Shown: positions 1-10,530, counted from the stretch's first letter. The stretch: 64,000 nt of DNA from Candidatus Omnitrophota bacterium (GCA_016201795.1 JACQCF010000004.1:10117-74116), one strand, 5' to 3'. Notes: generated from the letters alone by a model not told the origin. A program made the numbers and translations.

Positions 1-3000
1 TTTGGAGTGAATTTCTTTCAAAGCTTGGGGTGGAACCTGTCAGTGTGGCAGGGCATAGCTTGGGAGAATTGACGGCGTTTTATAGGGCCGGGGCTTTCCC
101 TAAAGAAACCCTTATGAAATTCGCCGAGTTACGCGGGGCATTGATGGCTGCCAAAGGTCGTTTGGCGGGCAGTATGGCCAGTTTATTCTGTTCTAAAGAA
201 AGGGCGGAAGAATTAGTCAGTAAAATATCCGGGAATATCATTATTGCCAATATCAATAGCCCAACCCAGGTGATTGTTTCCGGAGGAAGTAAGGAAATCG
301 ACAAAGTCATCGCATTGGCCAAAAAAGAAGATATTTCAACCTACCGATTGAATGTTTCCAATGCTTTTCATTCTTCTTTGATGGAACCTGCATCTGAAAA
401 GATACTTTCCAGTAAATTACTACACAACACATTTAAACCGTCTGATATTCAAGTCTATTCAGGCATCAGCGCAGCTCCTGTTGAAACAAAGGTCAATTTA
501 AGTGAGTATTTTTCCAAACAGGTCATATCACCGGTGAATTTTATGGGTTTAGTGGAAAATATGTCCAAAGAATGTGATGTAATTATTGAAGTAGGACCAG
601 GCCGGGTTTTGACCGATTTGGTTAAAGCCATCAATAAAGGAGAAGGCCCCTTATGTTTACCCGTTGAATCGACCGCACAGAATGACCGTGATTTAAATAT
701 TGTGCTGGCTGAATTGTTCGTACGTAATGTCCCTGTGAAATGGGAAGAACTGTATAAAAACAGGTTGATTAAGGTATTTGTCCCTGCTTCCCGAAAGAAA
801 TTCATCGAGAACCAGTGTGAACACCCTTTAAAGATAGGCAATCAAATTATAAAGAGTGAAAGTTTACGTTTTTCCCCTCCTTCCACAAAAACCACCCAAC
901 AACCAGAAGAAATCATTCCCGGAGGCTTACAGGCCCAGGAAACAATTAAGGGCAAGGACAATATTGCTGAATTATTGATTGAATTAACGCATAAAATCAC
1001 TGGTTTTGAAAAAGAGAGTATCTCTTTGGATTCAAGACTTTTGGATGATTTAAATCTGGATTCCATTAAAGCGGGAGAGCTTATCGGCCAGGCGGCCAGG
1101 GCTTTGGGTATCGGAGGCAAAATAGACCCATCGCAGATTTCCCACAATACTTTAGGCAAAATCAGGGACCAATTGCATGAGCTGGCTGAAGAACACGGGA
1201 AAGCATCAGATTCAGAGACAAAGGAAGATATTTTAAAGCGTTACCATGATAAATCCTGGGTCAGAAATTTTATCCCTAGTTTAAGACCCGAAGAAATCAC
1301 CACCCGTCATGTGAATCAATTAAACAGTTTAAAGAATATCGTTATTCTTTCAGAGAAGGATGAAGATTCTCTGGCAGAAACAATCAAAGAAGGCTTTAAG
1401 AATAACAAGGTTAAAATTCGAACAATCAATTATGAAGATTCGCATGAGAAAACAAAATTTACTCATGTAAATTGTTTGATAGTAACCCTTCCCAGGGATT
1501 CTCAGCCCAATGATCTCAATAAAGACACCCTAAAAGAAATCATCAAACGTCTCAACAAGGTTGTCGGCCTGGCCAATCAAATAAAGAAGGATGCTTTCAT
1601 TGTTTTTGTGCAGTTTGGCGGGGGCAATTTTGGAGAAAACAGTCATTTGAAGGATATTGCTTCATCATCGGCCAAGTCTTTGGCTTCAACCTTATATCTT
1701 GAAAGGCCGGATTTAAAGGTGAAGATTATTGATTTTGACAGCCAAATATCTGATAAAGAAATTTCATTGAAGATTATCGATGAACTTCAAACGTATGCAA
1801 AGTTTGACGCTGTTGGTTATGATTCAAATTTAAGAAGAAATGTTGTCTATTACGAGAATTCTCAGCCCGTGGACTATAAAAAACGTAATATTTTCTGGTC
1901 ATCTAAAGACGTTGTATTAGTCACAGGAGGGGCTAAGGGGATTACTGCCCAATGCGCTTTGGAATTTGCCCGTTCCACAAAGGCCTGCGTGATTTTGATG
2001 GGCCGTTCCCCAATTCCAAAAGATAAAAATGATGAAATTAATCAAACCTTAAATCAATTTGAAAAAGAACAACTCAAGGCCACTTACTATCAGTGTGATG
2101 TGACCGATGAAACAAGCGTTTTAAAAGCCATAGATGACATTGAACATAAATATGGCAAGATCACAGGGTTCATTCATGGCGCGGGTTTAAACAGCCTAAA
2201 GCGTTTAAAACAAGCCAGTGTCACGGAAGCATTCAATGAATCCTTGCCTAAAGTCATTGGGGCTGTCAATGTTTGCAAAGCTTTATCTAAAAGTCCACCC
2301 AAACTTATCGCCGGGATTACTTCTATTATTGGCTTAACCGGCATGGAGGGAAGCGGTTGGTATGGATTGTCCAATGAAATCCTCAATCTTTACCTGCGTC
2401 AATTTAAAACACAACATCCAAAAACTGAAGTTGTGACCATTGCCTATAGTGTTTGGGATGAAGTAGGTATGGGGGCAAAGCTTGGCAGCGTTGAACGTCT
2501 GGCTCAAAAGGGGATAGGGGCCATACCTGTCAAGGAAGGGGTGAAGCGTTTTAGAGAGCTTATTGAGAACGATCCGGCAACACAGCAAGTCATTGTGGCT
2601 GCCAGAATAGCTGGAATTGATACCTGGAAATTGCCAGTTGTAAAGACAAGCAATTTTAGGTTTATTGAGGATGTGAAATATTTTCTGCCTCAAGTAGAGT
2701 TGATTGTCCAGGCAAAACTTAATGTTAAAGACGATTCCTATTTACTGGACCATAACTGGAAGGGTTCGCTGTTGTTTCCTTTTGTGTTTGGGTTTGAGGC
2801 CATGGCGCAGGCAATGGCTTATGTCTTAGGCATTGATCAATTCGAACAAATTATAGCCAAGGACATTAATCTTGAGCGGCCGATTCCTGTGCCAGAGGAT
2901 ACTGGAATTACAATAGAAATTCACGCGCAGGTTTTACAGCAGGAGAGAAGGCAGGATAGCAGAGAAGTTAAGGTGGAGATTTATTCACAGGATACAGGTT

Positions 3001-5285
3001 ATAAAGAGCCGCATTTTTCAGCGATTTTTGAAATACTTCCCAAGCCTGTCATTCCCCAAAAGGTTGATCTCAGCCAAAGGGTTAAAAATGTCATTGATTT
3101 GGACATGCAGACGGATATTTACGGGCCAGTATTATTTCAAGGGAAGCTGTTTCAGTGTATCGAGCAAATCCATGAGCTTTATTACAACAAGGAAAAGAAT
3201 AAAGGGGAATGTGTTTTTACTTCAGGATATAACAGATCTACTGAAGTGTTTTTAAAGAACAATGAGAAATTCAACAGCCATTTTCTCATTGGCGAACCAT
3301 TTTTTATCGACTCTCTTTTTCAGTCGATGCAGTTAATCATTCCACAGGATATATCTTTACCCAGAGATATTGAGAAGATTGAATTAACACCAATGGAGAA
3401 TCATTCTCACTCTAAGTCTGCTCAATCCGCCATTAAAAGAATTGATAGTGAACATTACAGGGGAGATGCCGAAATTAGTCAGGGTAAGTTTTTATTAAGA
3501 ATAAGGAATTGTCGGCTTAAGGTGCTGAATACTATTTTGAGTAACCCTTCAGCTAATGATTTGGTTAATCCTGCTCAACGTGATCAAAAGATCATAGAAG
3601 ATAAGTTGGCCGAATTGTTTAATGATTTAGGATTTGTACCACCTAAAATTAAATGCCTATATGATGGACGACTTGAAGGATCCTTAAAAGAGTTAAGACA
3701 CAAAATTGAGCTTCCATTAATCAAAGCGGTTGTAGAAGAGGCAATGATTCTAGAAAGAAAGAGAATTAAAAATTTTAAAATCAAATGGCTTAAATCTGGA
3801 AAACCAGTGATTGAAGGAGATAATGCAAAAGGTTTTGGTGTGTCGCTTTCACACAACCATTCATTCCTATTGGTAATTTCTGGCTATGGTGATCAGGGAT
3901 GCGATATAGAAGAAGTACAGGATCGAAGTAAAAGTGATTGGATGGGAATTTTAGGAAGGGAGAAATTTGCATTTTTGGAGAAAATCAATTCTAATGAGGA
4001 AAACCTTAGCGAAGATTGTACCGTTCTTTGGTCTATTATGGAAGCTGGTAAGAAATTGACGGATAAAGTTAACTTAATCGAAATCAATAGGCGGAATAAT
4101 TATGTTATTTCAAGGATTAAAGATGTTTCTGATGATCTTTATATAATTGCTTTAACATTACAACTTACAAAAGGTAATAAAAAAGTATTTTCATTAGCTG
4201 TACGCCGGAAAGATAAATTAAATGTTTCTTCAACACATGATTTCTCCGATAACTCTGTATCTAAAAAGTTAGGGTACAATGACAGTGCACATACTATGCA
4301 CTTAGATTATAGCGGACCACAAGGGCAGTTAGTTTATACAAAAAGATTTCCCGTTACTTTTAAAAGTAATCAAAATTTAAGTAGGAGCGTGTACTTTACA
4401 AACTATGCTGTATGGATGGGGGAAATAAGAGAATACGGTCTTTATCCCATTATGCAAAAATTGGCAGAATTGACAGAAACAGGTGGGTGGGGAATAGCTA
4501 CAAATTACGTTAAAATAAAGATTCTCGGAGAGGTATGGGGTAGAGATACCGTAGAAGTAAGATTATGGATGGTAAAATCTTTAGGTATTAAAGACTCAAC
4601 GTTTGATTGGATGTTTGAATGGCGTAGGGTCTTACCAAATGGAGCATATGAAAGGGTTGCTACAAGTGAACTAAGGACAACATGGGTCAGAATAACTGGA
4701 CATGGGGAAGCAGAAATTGAAGGTATGCCAAAGTTTATTCAGAATTTTATGGATGGTATGAGACCACGAGATAATTCTCCAACTATTTTGGATAAAATTT
4801 CTGAACCTATTAAAAATATTTCAACAGGTCAATTAATTAAGAAAAATGATATTTTAAGCAGACAGAGACATTTGCTTCATGAAGAATCGTTTAAAACTAG
4901 CTTAGAAGAATCAAACTTAGTTGGAAATATTTATTTTGCAAACTACCCTAAATGGTTAGGTAAAACGAGAGATTTATATTTTCAGGGAATAGTTCCAGAG
5001 TACTTTAGGGGGATTGGAAAAGAAGGTGAATTTTTAACTCTTGATTGCAACATTGATCACTTACAAGAAGCCATGCCATTCGATGAGATTATAGTAAGAA
5101 TGTATCTTGAGGTGTTGTATGAAAAAGGATTTGATTTATTTTTTGAGTTTTTTAGAGTTAATCAAGAAGGGGAACAAATAAAATTAGCATTTGGAAGACA
5201 AAAAATAGTATGGATCAAAAGACAAGGCTTAACACCCGTATCTTCCAGACTGCCTAATGATATTTTGGGGTTAATTAAAACTTAG
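1..5285 (+). CDS. Iterative type I polyketide synthase, 5'-truncated at window edge: AT-ACP-KR-DH-PPTase + two hotdog (4HBT-like) thioesterase domains (enediyne-PKS-like domain order)
   Basis: Frame open from nt 3. GHSLGE acyltransferase motif at the N-terminal end. ACP motif LDDLNLDSIKAGEL. KR Rossmann motif VLVTGGAKGITAQ. PKS-DH motif LLDHNWKGSLLFPFVFGF with a distal DSLFQSMQL. PPTase motifs GCDIEEV and WSIMEAGKKL. Two C-terminal hotdog thioesterase repeats (VYFTNYAVWMGEIRE, IYFANYPKWLGKTRD). Confidence 0.8.
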   Translation, partial: WSEFLSKLGVEPVSVAGHSLGELTAFYRAGAFPKETLMKFAELRGALMAAKGRLAGSMASLFCSKERAEELVSKISGNIIIANINSPTQVIVSGGSKEIDKVIALAKKEDISTYRLNVSNAFHSSLMEPASEKILSSKLLHNTFKPSDIQVYSGISAAPVETKVNLSEYFSKQVISPVNFMGLVENMSKECDVIIEVGPGRVLTDLVKAINKGEGPLCLPVESTAQNDRDLNIVLAELFVRNVPVKWEELYKNRLIKVFVPASRKKFIENQCEHPLKIGNQIIKSESLRFSPPSTKTTQQPEEIIPGGLQAQETIKGKDNIAELLIELTHKITGFEKESISLDSRLLDDLNLDSIKAGELIGQAARALGIGGKIDPSQISHNTLGKIRDQLHELAEEHGKASDSETKEDILKRYHDKSWVRNFIPSLRPEEITTRHVNQLNSLKNIVILSEKDEDSLAETIKEGFKNNKVKIRTINYEDSHEKTKFTHVNCLIVTLPRDSQPNDLNKDTLKEIIKRLNKVVGLANQIKKDAFIVFVQFGGGNFGENSHLKDIASSSAKSLASTLYLERPDLKVKIIDFDSQISDKEISLKIIDELQTYAKFDAVGYDSNLRRNVVYYENSQPVDYKKRNIFWSSKDVVLVTGGAKGITAQCALEFARSTKACVILMGRSPIPKDKNDEINQTLNQFEKEQLKATYYQCDVTDETSVLKAIDDIEHKYGKITGFIHGAGLNSLKRLKQASVTEAFNESLPKVIGAVNVCKALSKSPPKLIAGITSIIGLTGMEGSGWYGLSNEILNLYLRQFKTQHPKTEVVTIAYSVWDEVGMGAKLGSVERLAQKGIGAIPVKEGVKRFRELIENDPATQQVIVAARIAGIDTWKLPVVKTSNFRFIEDVKYFLPQVELIVQAKLNVKDDSYLLDHNWKGSLLFPFVFGFEAMAQAMAYVLGIDQFEQIIAKDINLERPIPVPEDTGITIEIHAQVLQQERRQDSREVKVEIYSQDTGYKEPHFSAIFEILPKPVIPQKVDLSQRVKNVIDLDMQTDIYGPVLFQGKLFQCIEQIHELYYNKEKNKGECVFTSGYNRSTEVFLKNNEKFNSHFLIGEPFFIDSLFQSMQLIIPQDISLPRDIEKIELTPMENHSHSKSAQSAIKRIDSEHYRGDAEISQGKFLLRIRNCRLKVLNTILSNPSANDLVNPAQRDQKIIEDKLAELFNDLGFVPPKIKCLYDGRLEGSLKELRHKIELPLIKAVVEEAMILERKRIKNFKIKWLKSGKPVIEGDNAKGFGVSLSHNHSFLLVISGYGDQGCDIEEVQDRSKSDWMGILGREKFAFLEKINSNEENLSEDCTVLWSIMEAGKKLTDKVNLIEINRRNNYVISRIKDVSDDLYIIALTLQLTKGNKKVFSLAVRRKDKLNVSSTHDFSDNSVSKKLGYNDSAHTMHLDYSGPQGQLVYTKRFPVTFKSNQNLSRSVYFTNYAVWMGEIREYGLYPIMQKLAELTETGGWGIATNYVKIKILGEVWGRDTVEVRLWMVKSLGIKDSTFDWMFEWRRVLPNGAYERVATSELRTTWVRITGHGEAEIEGMPKFIQNFMDGMRPRDNSPTILDKISEPIKNISTGQLIKKNDILSRQRHLLHEESFKTSLEESNLVGNIYFANYPKWLGKTRDLYFQGIVPEYFRGIGKEGEFLTLDCNIDHLQEAMPFDEIIVRMYLEVLYEKGFDLFFEFFRVNQEGEQIKLAFGRQKIVWIKRQGLTPVSSRLPNDILGLIKT

Positions 5286-5294
5286 ATAAATATA

Positions 5295-8264
5295 ATGTCT
5301 CTTTTTTCTTTAACTAGTTTGCTGTTATCTATTTTATGTGGACTATTAGCAGTTTATATCTTTTTTAGTTCAAAAGAAACACTATACAAATTATGGAGTT
5401 TATTTAATGGAGTAGTTTGTCTCTGGGGTTTATTTCTATTCTTAGCAAGCCTCTCAAGAATAGAATCCGAGTCTTTAATTTTTTGGAAATTCTCACTTCT
5501 TGCACCAAGCCTGATGCCTTCCATATTGCTTCGATTTATAAATGCATTGACAGATAAAGATAATAAAAATTTTAAGAAATTGTGTGATGTTTATGCCGCT
5601 ATTTCTGTCATTCTAATTTTAGAAACCAATCTCTTTATAAAGAACGGATCTTTCTACTTTGATACTTTTTATTATATTAAATCGACTAAAGCGATGTCTA
5701 TTTGGCTTATATTTTTTGTTTTGTCTATTTGTAAAATTCTATGGAATTTATTTGAATTTACTAGAAATGAAAAAGGCTTAAAGAGTACTCAAGCTACGTA
5801 TATATTTTGGGGTATGTCGGTTGGATTTCTGGGAGGACTTTCTGTTGCTTTGCCAAGTTATGGTTTCAAAATTTTTCCGATTGGGCATATTCTTGTTTCT
5901 GTTTATGCAGCAACAGTCACCTTTGCTATAAAAAGAGAATTTATAGATATGAAATTATCACTTATAAAATTATTAATACCTTTTCTTATAGTGATTTCAG
6001 CCGTTGTTGGCTATTGTTTAACAAATTTTCATCTAAATTTATTTGCTTTGGCTGGTCTGCTTTTAGGATCTGCATGCTTTACTTTAGCTTATGTAATTCT
6101 TGCTTATGCCAATCAAAGGATGCATCACATATGGGCAATATTTAATGTTTGTATTGGTATTTGGGGTGCTGGAACCTTTTTTGTTGGAGTTTCAAATAAG
6201 CCAACCATAGCTTTAATTGCGTGGAAAATTGCGTACATAGGAGTTCTATTGTTACCTGTGCTTTTTTACCACATGATATACATTTTTTGTGACTTAAAAA
6301 ATAAGAAATTTTTAACCTTTGCGTATGCTCAGGTTATTTTTGTCCTTTTAGTTAATATTTTTACAAATCAATTTATAGGAAGGTTAGAGTATGTTTTTAA
6401 CTCTTTTTATTACCATCGTGTAACGAGTGTTTATTTATTTTTCTTTGTTATATGGGTGACAGTAGCAATTAATACCTTTTTTAGGTTGTATAGGTTCATA
6501 AAGACCTCAGAAGGACTAAAAAGAACGCAGGCTCTTTACTTATTTTGGGGAATGTTGTTAGGTTTTGCTGGAGGTACTACCGTTGTGGCTCCAGCTTTCG
6601 GTATCCCTATTTATCCATACGGTCATTTCTTTATATGTATTTATGCAGCAATATGTACTTATGCAATTTTTAGATATCAAGTGTTGGATATCAGAGTTGC
6701 TATAACACGCTTAGGGGTTTTTGTTCTTGTATATTCTTTAGTTTTAGGGGTTCCATTTGGTTTAATTATATGGGGAAAGTTATGGTTATTTAAACTGATG
6801 GGAGAAAATTGGTTCTGGGCTCCAATGTCAACCTTATTGATATTGGCGACTGCTGGGCCATTTATGTATATCTATTTTCAGAGCAGGGCAGAAGAACAGA
6901 TTTTAAAAGAAGAAAGAAGAATCCAGAGCTTGATACAGAAAACTTCCATTGGGATGGTTGCAATCAGGGATTTAAATAAGCTCTTAAAAGTAATAATTGA
7001 TGTCTTAGGAAAGAATTTACAGCTTGAACATATTTCTGTTTATTTGTTCGACCCAAATGAAAATATATATAACCAGAAAGCTTCGGATAAAATTGAGGAG
7101 GAAGGCTTTGTTTTAGAACATGATGATCTTCTGGTCCAAGAATTAAAAAAGAGAAAATCCCCTCTTTATTATGAGGAAATAAACCATCTGCTTCATAATC
7201 AAAAAGACAGTAACGGTGAGCTGAAAGCGCTTGTCGATCGCATGCAGAAATTATCGGCAAGCGTCATTGTCCCGGCAAGCAAAGAAGATATTTTGTTGGC
7301 TTTTATTGTATTGGGAAAAAGAGGCAAAAAAGAAGTTTACTCACCGGAACTGCTGGATGTTCTGGGGGTGGTTGGCAATGAAGCGGCGCTGGCCATAGAA
7401 AACGCCATCTTTTATGAGGAATCGGGTAAGGACTGGTCCGAGAGGGCGCATGACGCCCGATTAAAAATGATGGGAGCCATGGGGTCCGGCATTGCCCACC
7501 AGATTAACAACAAATTTCATGCTATTGGCTTTCAATTAAATTATTTGAAGGAATTATCAGAAGTGTCAGATTTGACGAAAATGACACCGGATGATCTTAG
7601 AAAATCACAGCAGGAACTCAAGGATGAAATCGGAAAAATCCTCACAGAAATCGACCGATCCGTGGAAATAGTCCAGGCCATTAAAAACTACGCCAAAAGG
7701 ACGGGGGCCGAGCCCCAGGTTACGTCATTCAAGGAAGTGGTGACAGGCGCCAAACACCTCGCGAAAATGATCCGCAAAGACAATGATGTGGAATATGAAC
7801 TTATTGAGGATTATCCCGAAAACGTGCTTCTATGGGTCAATTTTTCCATGCTTCAGGACGTTTTTGTCAATGCCTTTGATAATAGCCGCGACGCCTTAAT
7901 CTTGAAGAAATACCGCCTTGGAAAAGACGCGCAGAAGCTCGAGGAATACAAGCCCAAGATAACCGTATCCGGGAGGGCCAACACAACCATGTTTGATTTT
8001 GTCATAGAAGACAACGGCATGGGCATTGAAAAACATCATTTAGAAGAAGGCCAGGGAGTCAACGTCATGTATTTTACGACCAAAGGGGCTGTCAAGGGGA
8101 CCGGCATGGGAATCGCCATGATGCGCCAGTTTGCCAAACACAATAGGGGAGGCTTGAAAATAGAATCCGAGTATGGTCAGTGGACAAGAATAACCATTTC
8201 CTTACCCCTGGCGACCCCGGAACAAATAAAAGGCGGCAGCAATGAACCCAAAAACGGCCGTTGA
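5295..8264 (+). CDS. Sensor histidine kinase with ~450-aa duplicated polytopic membrane sensor, GAF-like domain, HisKA H-box and HATPase_c
   Basis: About 14 predicted TM helices in two homologous modules (LKSTQATYIFWGMSVGFLGG... / LKRTQALYLFWGMLLGFAGG...). H-box GSGIAHQINNKFHAI. G1/G2 boxes EDNGMGIE ... GTGMGIAMM at the C-terminus. Confidence 0.8.
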   Translation: MSLFSLTSLLLSILCGLLAVYIFFSSKETLYKLWSLFNGVVCLWGLFLFLASLSRIESESLIFWKFSLLAPSLMPSILLRFINALTDKDNKNFKKLCDVYAAISVILILETNLFIKNGSFYFDTFYYIKSTKAMSIWLIFFVLSICKILWNLFEFTRNEKGLKSTQATYIFWGMSVGFLGGLSVALPSYGFKIFPIGHILVSVYAATVTFAIKREFIDMKLSLIKLLIPFLIVISAVVGYCLTNFHLNLFALAGLLLGSACFTLAYVILAYANQRMHHIWAIFNVCIGIWGAGTFFVGVSNKPTIALIAWKIAYIGVLLLPVLFYHMIYIFCDLKNKKFLTFAYAQVIFVLLVNIFTNQFIGRLEYVFNSFYYHRVTSVYLFFFVIWVTVAINTFFRLYRFIKTSEGLKRTQALYLFWGMLLGFAGGTTVVAPAFGIPIYPYGHFFICIYAAICTYAIFRYQVLDIRVAITRLGVFVLVYSLVLGVPFGLIIWGKLWLFKLMGENWFWAPMSTLLILATAGPFMYIYFQSRAEEQILKEERRIQSLIQKTSIGMVAIRDLNKLLKVIIDVLGKNLQLEHISVYLFDPNENIYNQKASDKIEEEGFVLEHDDLLVQELKKRKSPLYYEEINHLLHNQKDSNGELKALVDRMQKLSASVIVPASKEDILLAFIVLGKRGKKEVYSPELLDVLGVVGNEAALAIENAIFYEESGKDWSERAHDARLKMMGAMGSGIAHQINNKFHAIGFQLNYLKELSEVSDLTKMTPDDLRKSQQELKDEIGKILTEIDRSVEIVQAIKNYAKRTGAEPQVTSFKEVVTGAKHLAKMIRKDNDVEYELIEDYPENVLLWVNFSMLQDVFVNAFDNSRDALILKKYRLGKDAQKLEEYKPKITVSGRANTTMFDFVIEDNGMGIEKHHLEEGQGVNVMYFTTKGAVKGTGMGIAMMRQFAKHNRGGLKIESEYGQWTRITISLPLATPEQIKGGSNEPKNGR

Positions 8265-8307
8265 AGCAAGCGCTGGGGTGAATTTTCAAGAAAGGACATA
8301 AGATCAA

Positions 8308-8685
8308 ATGAAGAATATCAAGATTGCCATCGTTGAGGATGAGGAGGGCGCGCGCAAGTCCATTGTCAGGATACTCAACCTTAAAGGATATAACCATATT
8401 CTGGAAGCCTCCCGGGGCAAGGAAGCCATAGCCATGATAGAGAAGGAAAAGCCTGACTTGGTGTTTCTGGATATCAAACTGGCTGATGAGGTAAGCGGTA
8501 TGGAGGTATTGGAAAGAAGCAGAACGGTTTCACCGGCTACAAGGGTGATTATGATGTCGGCCTATCAGGAGGAGCATGCTCAACAATCCAAAGAATTAGG
8601 GGCTTACGGGTTTTTTAAAAAACCTATGACGAGCATTGAACCCTTCATTAAGACTATTCAAGAAATAGCCGAGAAGCTGTCTTGA
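8308..8685 (+). CDS. Response regulator, receiver domain only (CheY-like)
   Basis: IAIVEDEE ... DLVFLDIKLAD ... MMSAYQ receiver signature. No output domain. Confidence 0.85.
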   Translation: MKNIKIAIVEDEEGARKSIVRILNLKGYNHILEASRGKEAIAMIEKEKPDLVFLDIKLADEVSGMEVLERSRTVSPATRVIMMSAYQEEHAQQSKELGAYGFFKKPMTSIEPFIKTIQEIAEKLS

Positions 8686-8686
8686 T

Positions 8687-9172
8687 ATGACCATACGTAA
8701 TAAAATCCATGATTTGGTCAATTATTATAACAAAATCAGTATGGGTTCTATCGTAACAAGAGAATTACTCTCTAGCGTCGATTACAAAAATACATCGACG
8801 GGAGAATTAGAATCGGCATTTAAAGAAGCCGTTACTAATTTGAAAATATTTGAAGATGCCATTATGGAAGCCAATAAAATCCTTCAAGAAATACAAACAT
8901 TTATCAAAAATCAAACACGGTGTAAAACAAATTTCCCGCCGGAAGTCAAAGATTGGCATGACAAACTATATCACGCTGCCTTCCTCAGCAGGAAAGCATT
9001 GCTTGAAAGTAGTTTAACCGAACTTTCTGAAGCTCAAGTTAAGGAAACCGTCTCTCAAGCCATAGAAATCCAGAACAAAATCGGAGAATACGTCATTAAG
9101 GCGGATGAGGTTATCGAAAAAGCCAAAAAAGTTATTTATAGGGAACTTGCGGGAGAAACGGAAATTCCTTAA
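8687..9172 (+). CDS. Hypothetical all-helical protein embedded among receiver genes
   Basis: 161-aa ORF, start overlaps the upstream stop (TGATATG). No recognisable motif. Confidence 0.5.
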   Translation: MTIRNKIHDLVNYYNKISMGSIVTRELLSSVDYKNTSTGELESAFKEAVTNLKIFEDAIMEANKILQEIQTFIKNQTRCKTNFPPEVKDWHDKLYHAAFLSRKALLESSLTELSEAQVKETVSQAIEIQNKIGEYVIKADEVIEKAKKVIYRELAGETEIP

Positions 9173-9201
9173 ATGATAGAAATTTATAAAAAAGGATAGA
9201 T

Positions 9202-9597
9202 ATGCCGAAACTCTTGGTTATTGATGATGATAAGGAAACTTGCGAGTACATCAAAGAATTCTTTGAGCATAGAAAATACACTGTTTTTGCCGCCGATTCA
9301 GGACCAAAGGGTCTTGCCCTTATCAAACAGCAAGAACCCGACCTGGTTTTATTGGATGTAAATATGGAAGGAATCAATGGCCTTGAAACCTTGAAGCAGA
9401 TTAAAGACAAATATCCAGAAATGGCTGTCATGATGGTGACCGTGGCTTCCGATGATGACACCCGAAAGACAGCCCAAACGCTTGGCGCCGATGACTTTAT
9501 TCGAAAGCCGATCCACGGCGACTATTTGGAAGGAACCGTGCTTCTTAAAGTGGCGGCCTTGATCCGTGAAAGGAAAAGGAAGAATGCCCATACCTAA
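9202..9597 (+). CDS. Response regulator, receiver domain only
   Basis: LLVIDDDKE ... DLVLLDVNMEG ... MMVTV ... K receiver signature. Confidence 0.85.
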   Translation: MPKLLVIDDDKETCEYIKEFFEHRKYTVFAADSGPKGLALIKQQEPDLVLLDVNMEGINGLETLKQIKDKYPEMAVMMVTVASDDDTRKTAQTLGADDFIRKPIHGDYLEGTVLLKVAALIRERKRKNAHT

Positions 9598-9976
9598 TAT
9601 TCTTATCGTTGATGATGAGCAGGACATCCGCAAGCGCATTTCTGACCATTTAAGGAAGCGCATGGAGTGTCATATTATAGAAGCCGCCAATGGCTATGAA
9701 GCGCTGGAAGAATTCCAAAAAGACCAAATTGATATCATATTATTGGATATGAAAATGCCCGGAATAAGCGGTACCGAGGTCATCAAGAAAGCCAGGGAGA
9801 AATCCAATATCCCTATCATTGTCATTAGCGGTTTGGAGGGGGCGGCTATTTCCCGGCATTTGGAAGAATGCGGCGTGGATGAGTATATTACCAAGCCTTT
9901 TTCTTTAAAAGTGGTGCAGGAGAAAGTTGTTGAAAGGTTAAAAAAGTGCGGAAAATATTTTCCCAAACAGCCTTAA
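9584..9976 (+). CDS. Response regulator, receiver domain only
   Basis: ILIVDDEQD ... IILLDMKMPG ... IVISG receiver signature. ATG at 9584 is preceded by a purine-rich RBS (AGGAAAAGGAAG); the ORF track used an upstream GTG at 9566. Confidence 0.8.
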   Translation: MPIPNILIVDDEQDIRKRISDHLRKRMECHIIEAANGYEALEEFQKDQIDIILLDMKMPGISGTEVIKKAREKSNIPIIVISGLEGAAISRHLEECGVDEYITKPFSLKVVQEKVVERLKKCGKYFPKQP

Positions 9977-10530
9977 AAGATATACTTAGGGTTTTGAACA
10001 AGGAGACATTCGGCTTTTCGGCCGGTGGGATTTTCAAAGTAATGCCAGTGTGTACTGTGAAAAGAAAAGCTTTCCCCTTTCCTTACGATATGCCTTTCCT
10101 GGCCATTTTCGGTTGTGACGATACAGGCTAGCTCGCCGCTTAACCCGTAAATCCACTTCAAAAAATCGTTCTTTTCGGCCGGGTCCTGTTCCGGGGCTGT
10201 TTTAGCGCCCGCCAAGAGGGTCAATTTGGCTGGCAAAAAGGGCAGGTTATTGACTTCAAATTCCAGCCAAGCTTTTTTATTATAATTGAAACGGGTGACT
10301 TTTTCTTCCTGATCAGTCCCTTCCCTAATATCTTTGGGAGTTTGCCCTAGAGCCGCCGCGATTTGATGCAGGGTGGTTTCCCTTAGCTGGGTTTGACCCG
10401 AGAGGGTACGAAGAAGGGTTAGATAGGTTATGGCATTTTCTTCAAAGAGATTCACAATCTCCTTATGAAGCTGGGTGATTGTCCAGCCTTTTTCTTTAAG
10501 CATTAAGTTGATTTTTTTGTATATTTTCAT
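9973..10530 (-). CDS. XRE-family HTH transcriptional regulator with C-terminal cupin domain
   Basis: Only convincing minus-strand gene. N-terminal HTH (LMLKEKGWTITQLHKEI...) and a C-terminal cupin-like beta-barrel region with His residues. Divergent from an AT-rich region carrying palindromes. Confidence 0.8.
   Translation of the reverse strand: MKIYKKINLMLKEKGWTITQLHKEIVNLFEENAITYLTLLRTLSGQTQLRETTLHQIAAALGQTPKDIREGTDQEEKVTRFNYNKKAWLEFEVNNLPFLPAKLTLLAGAKTAPEQDPAEKNDFLKWIYGLSGELACIVTTENGQERHIVRKGESFSFHSTHWHYFENPTGRKAECLLVQNPKYIF

Noticed and set aside
5807-6145. 112-aa ORF inside the histidine kinase membrane region
   Set aside because: Out-of-frame overlap with the kinase; Cys/Phe-rich nonsense-like composition.
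8687-9172. HPt (histidine phosphotransfer) domain call for the 161-aa helical protein
   Set aside because: No HxxKG-type motif; helical composition alone is insufficient.
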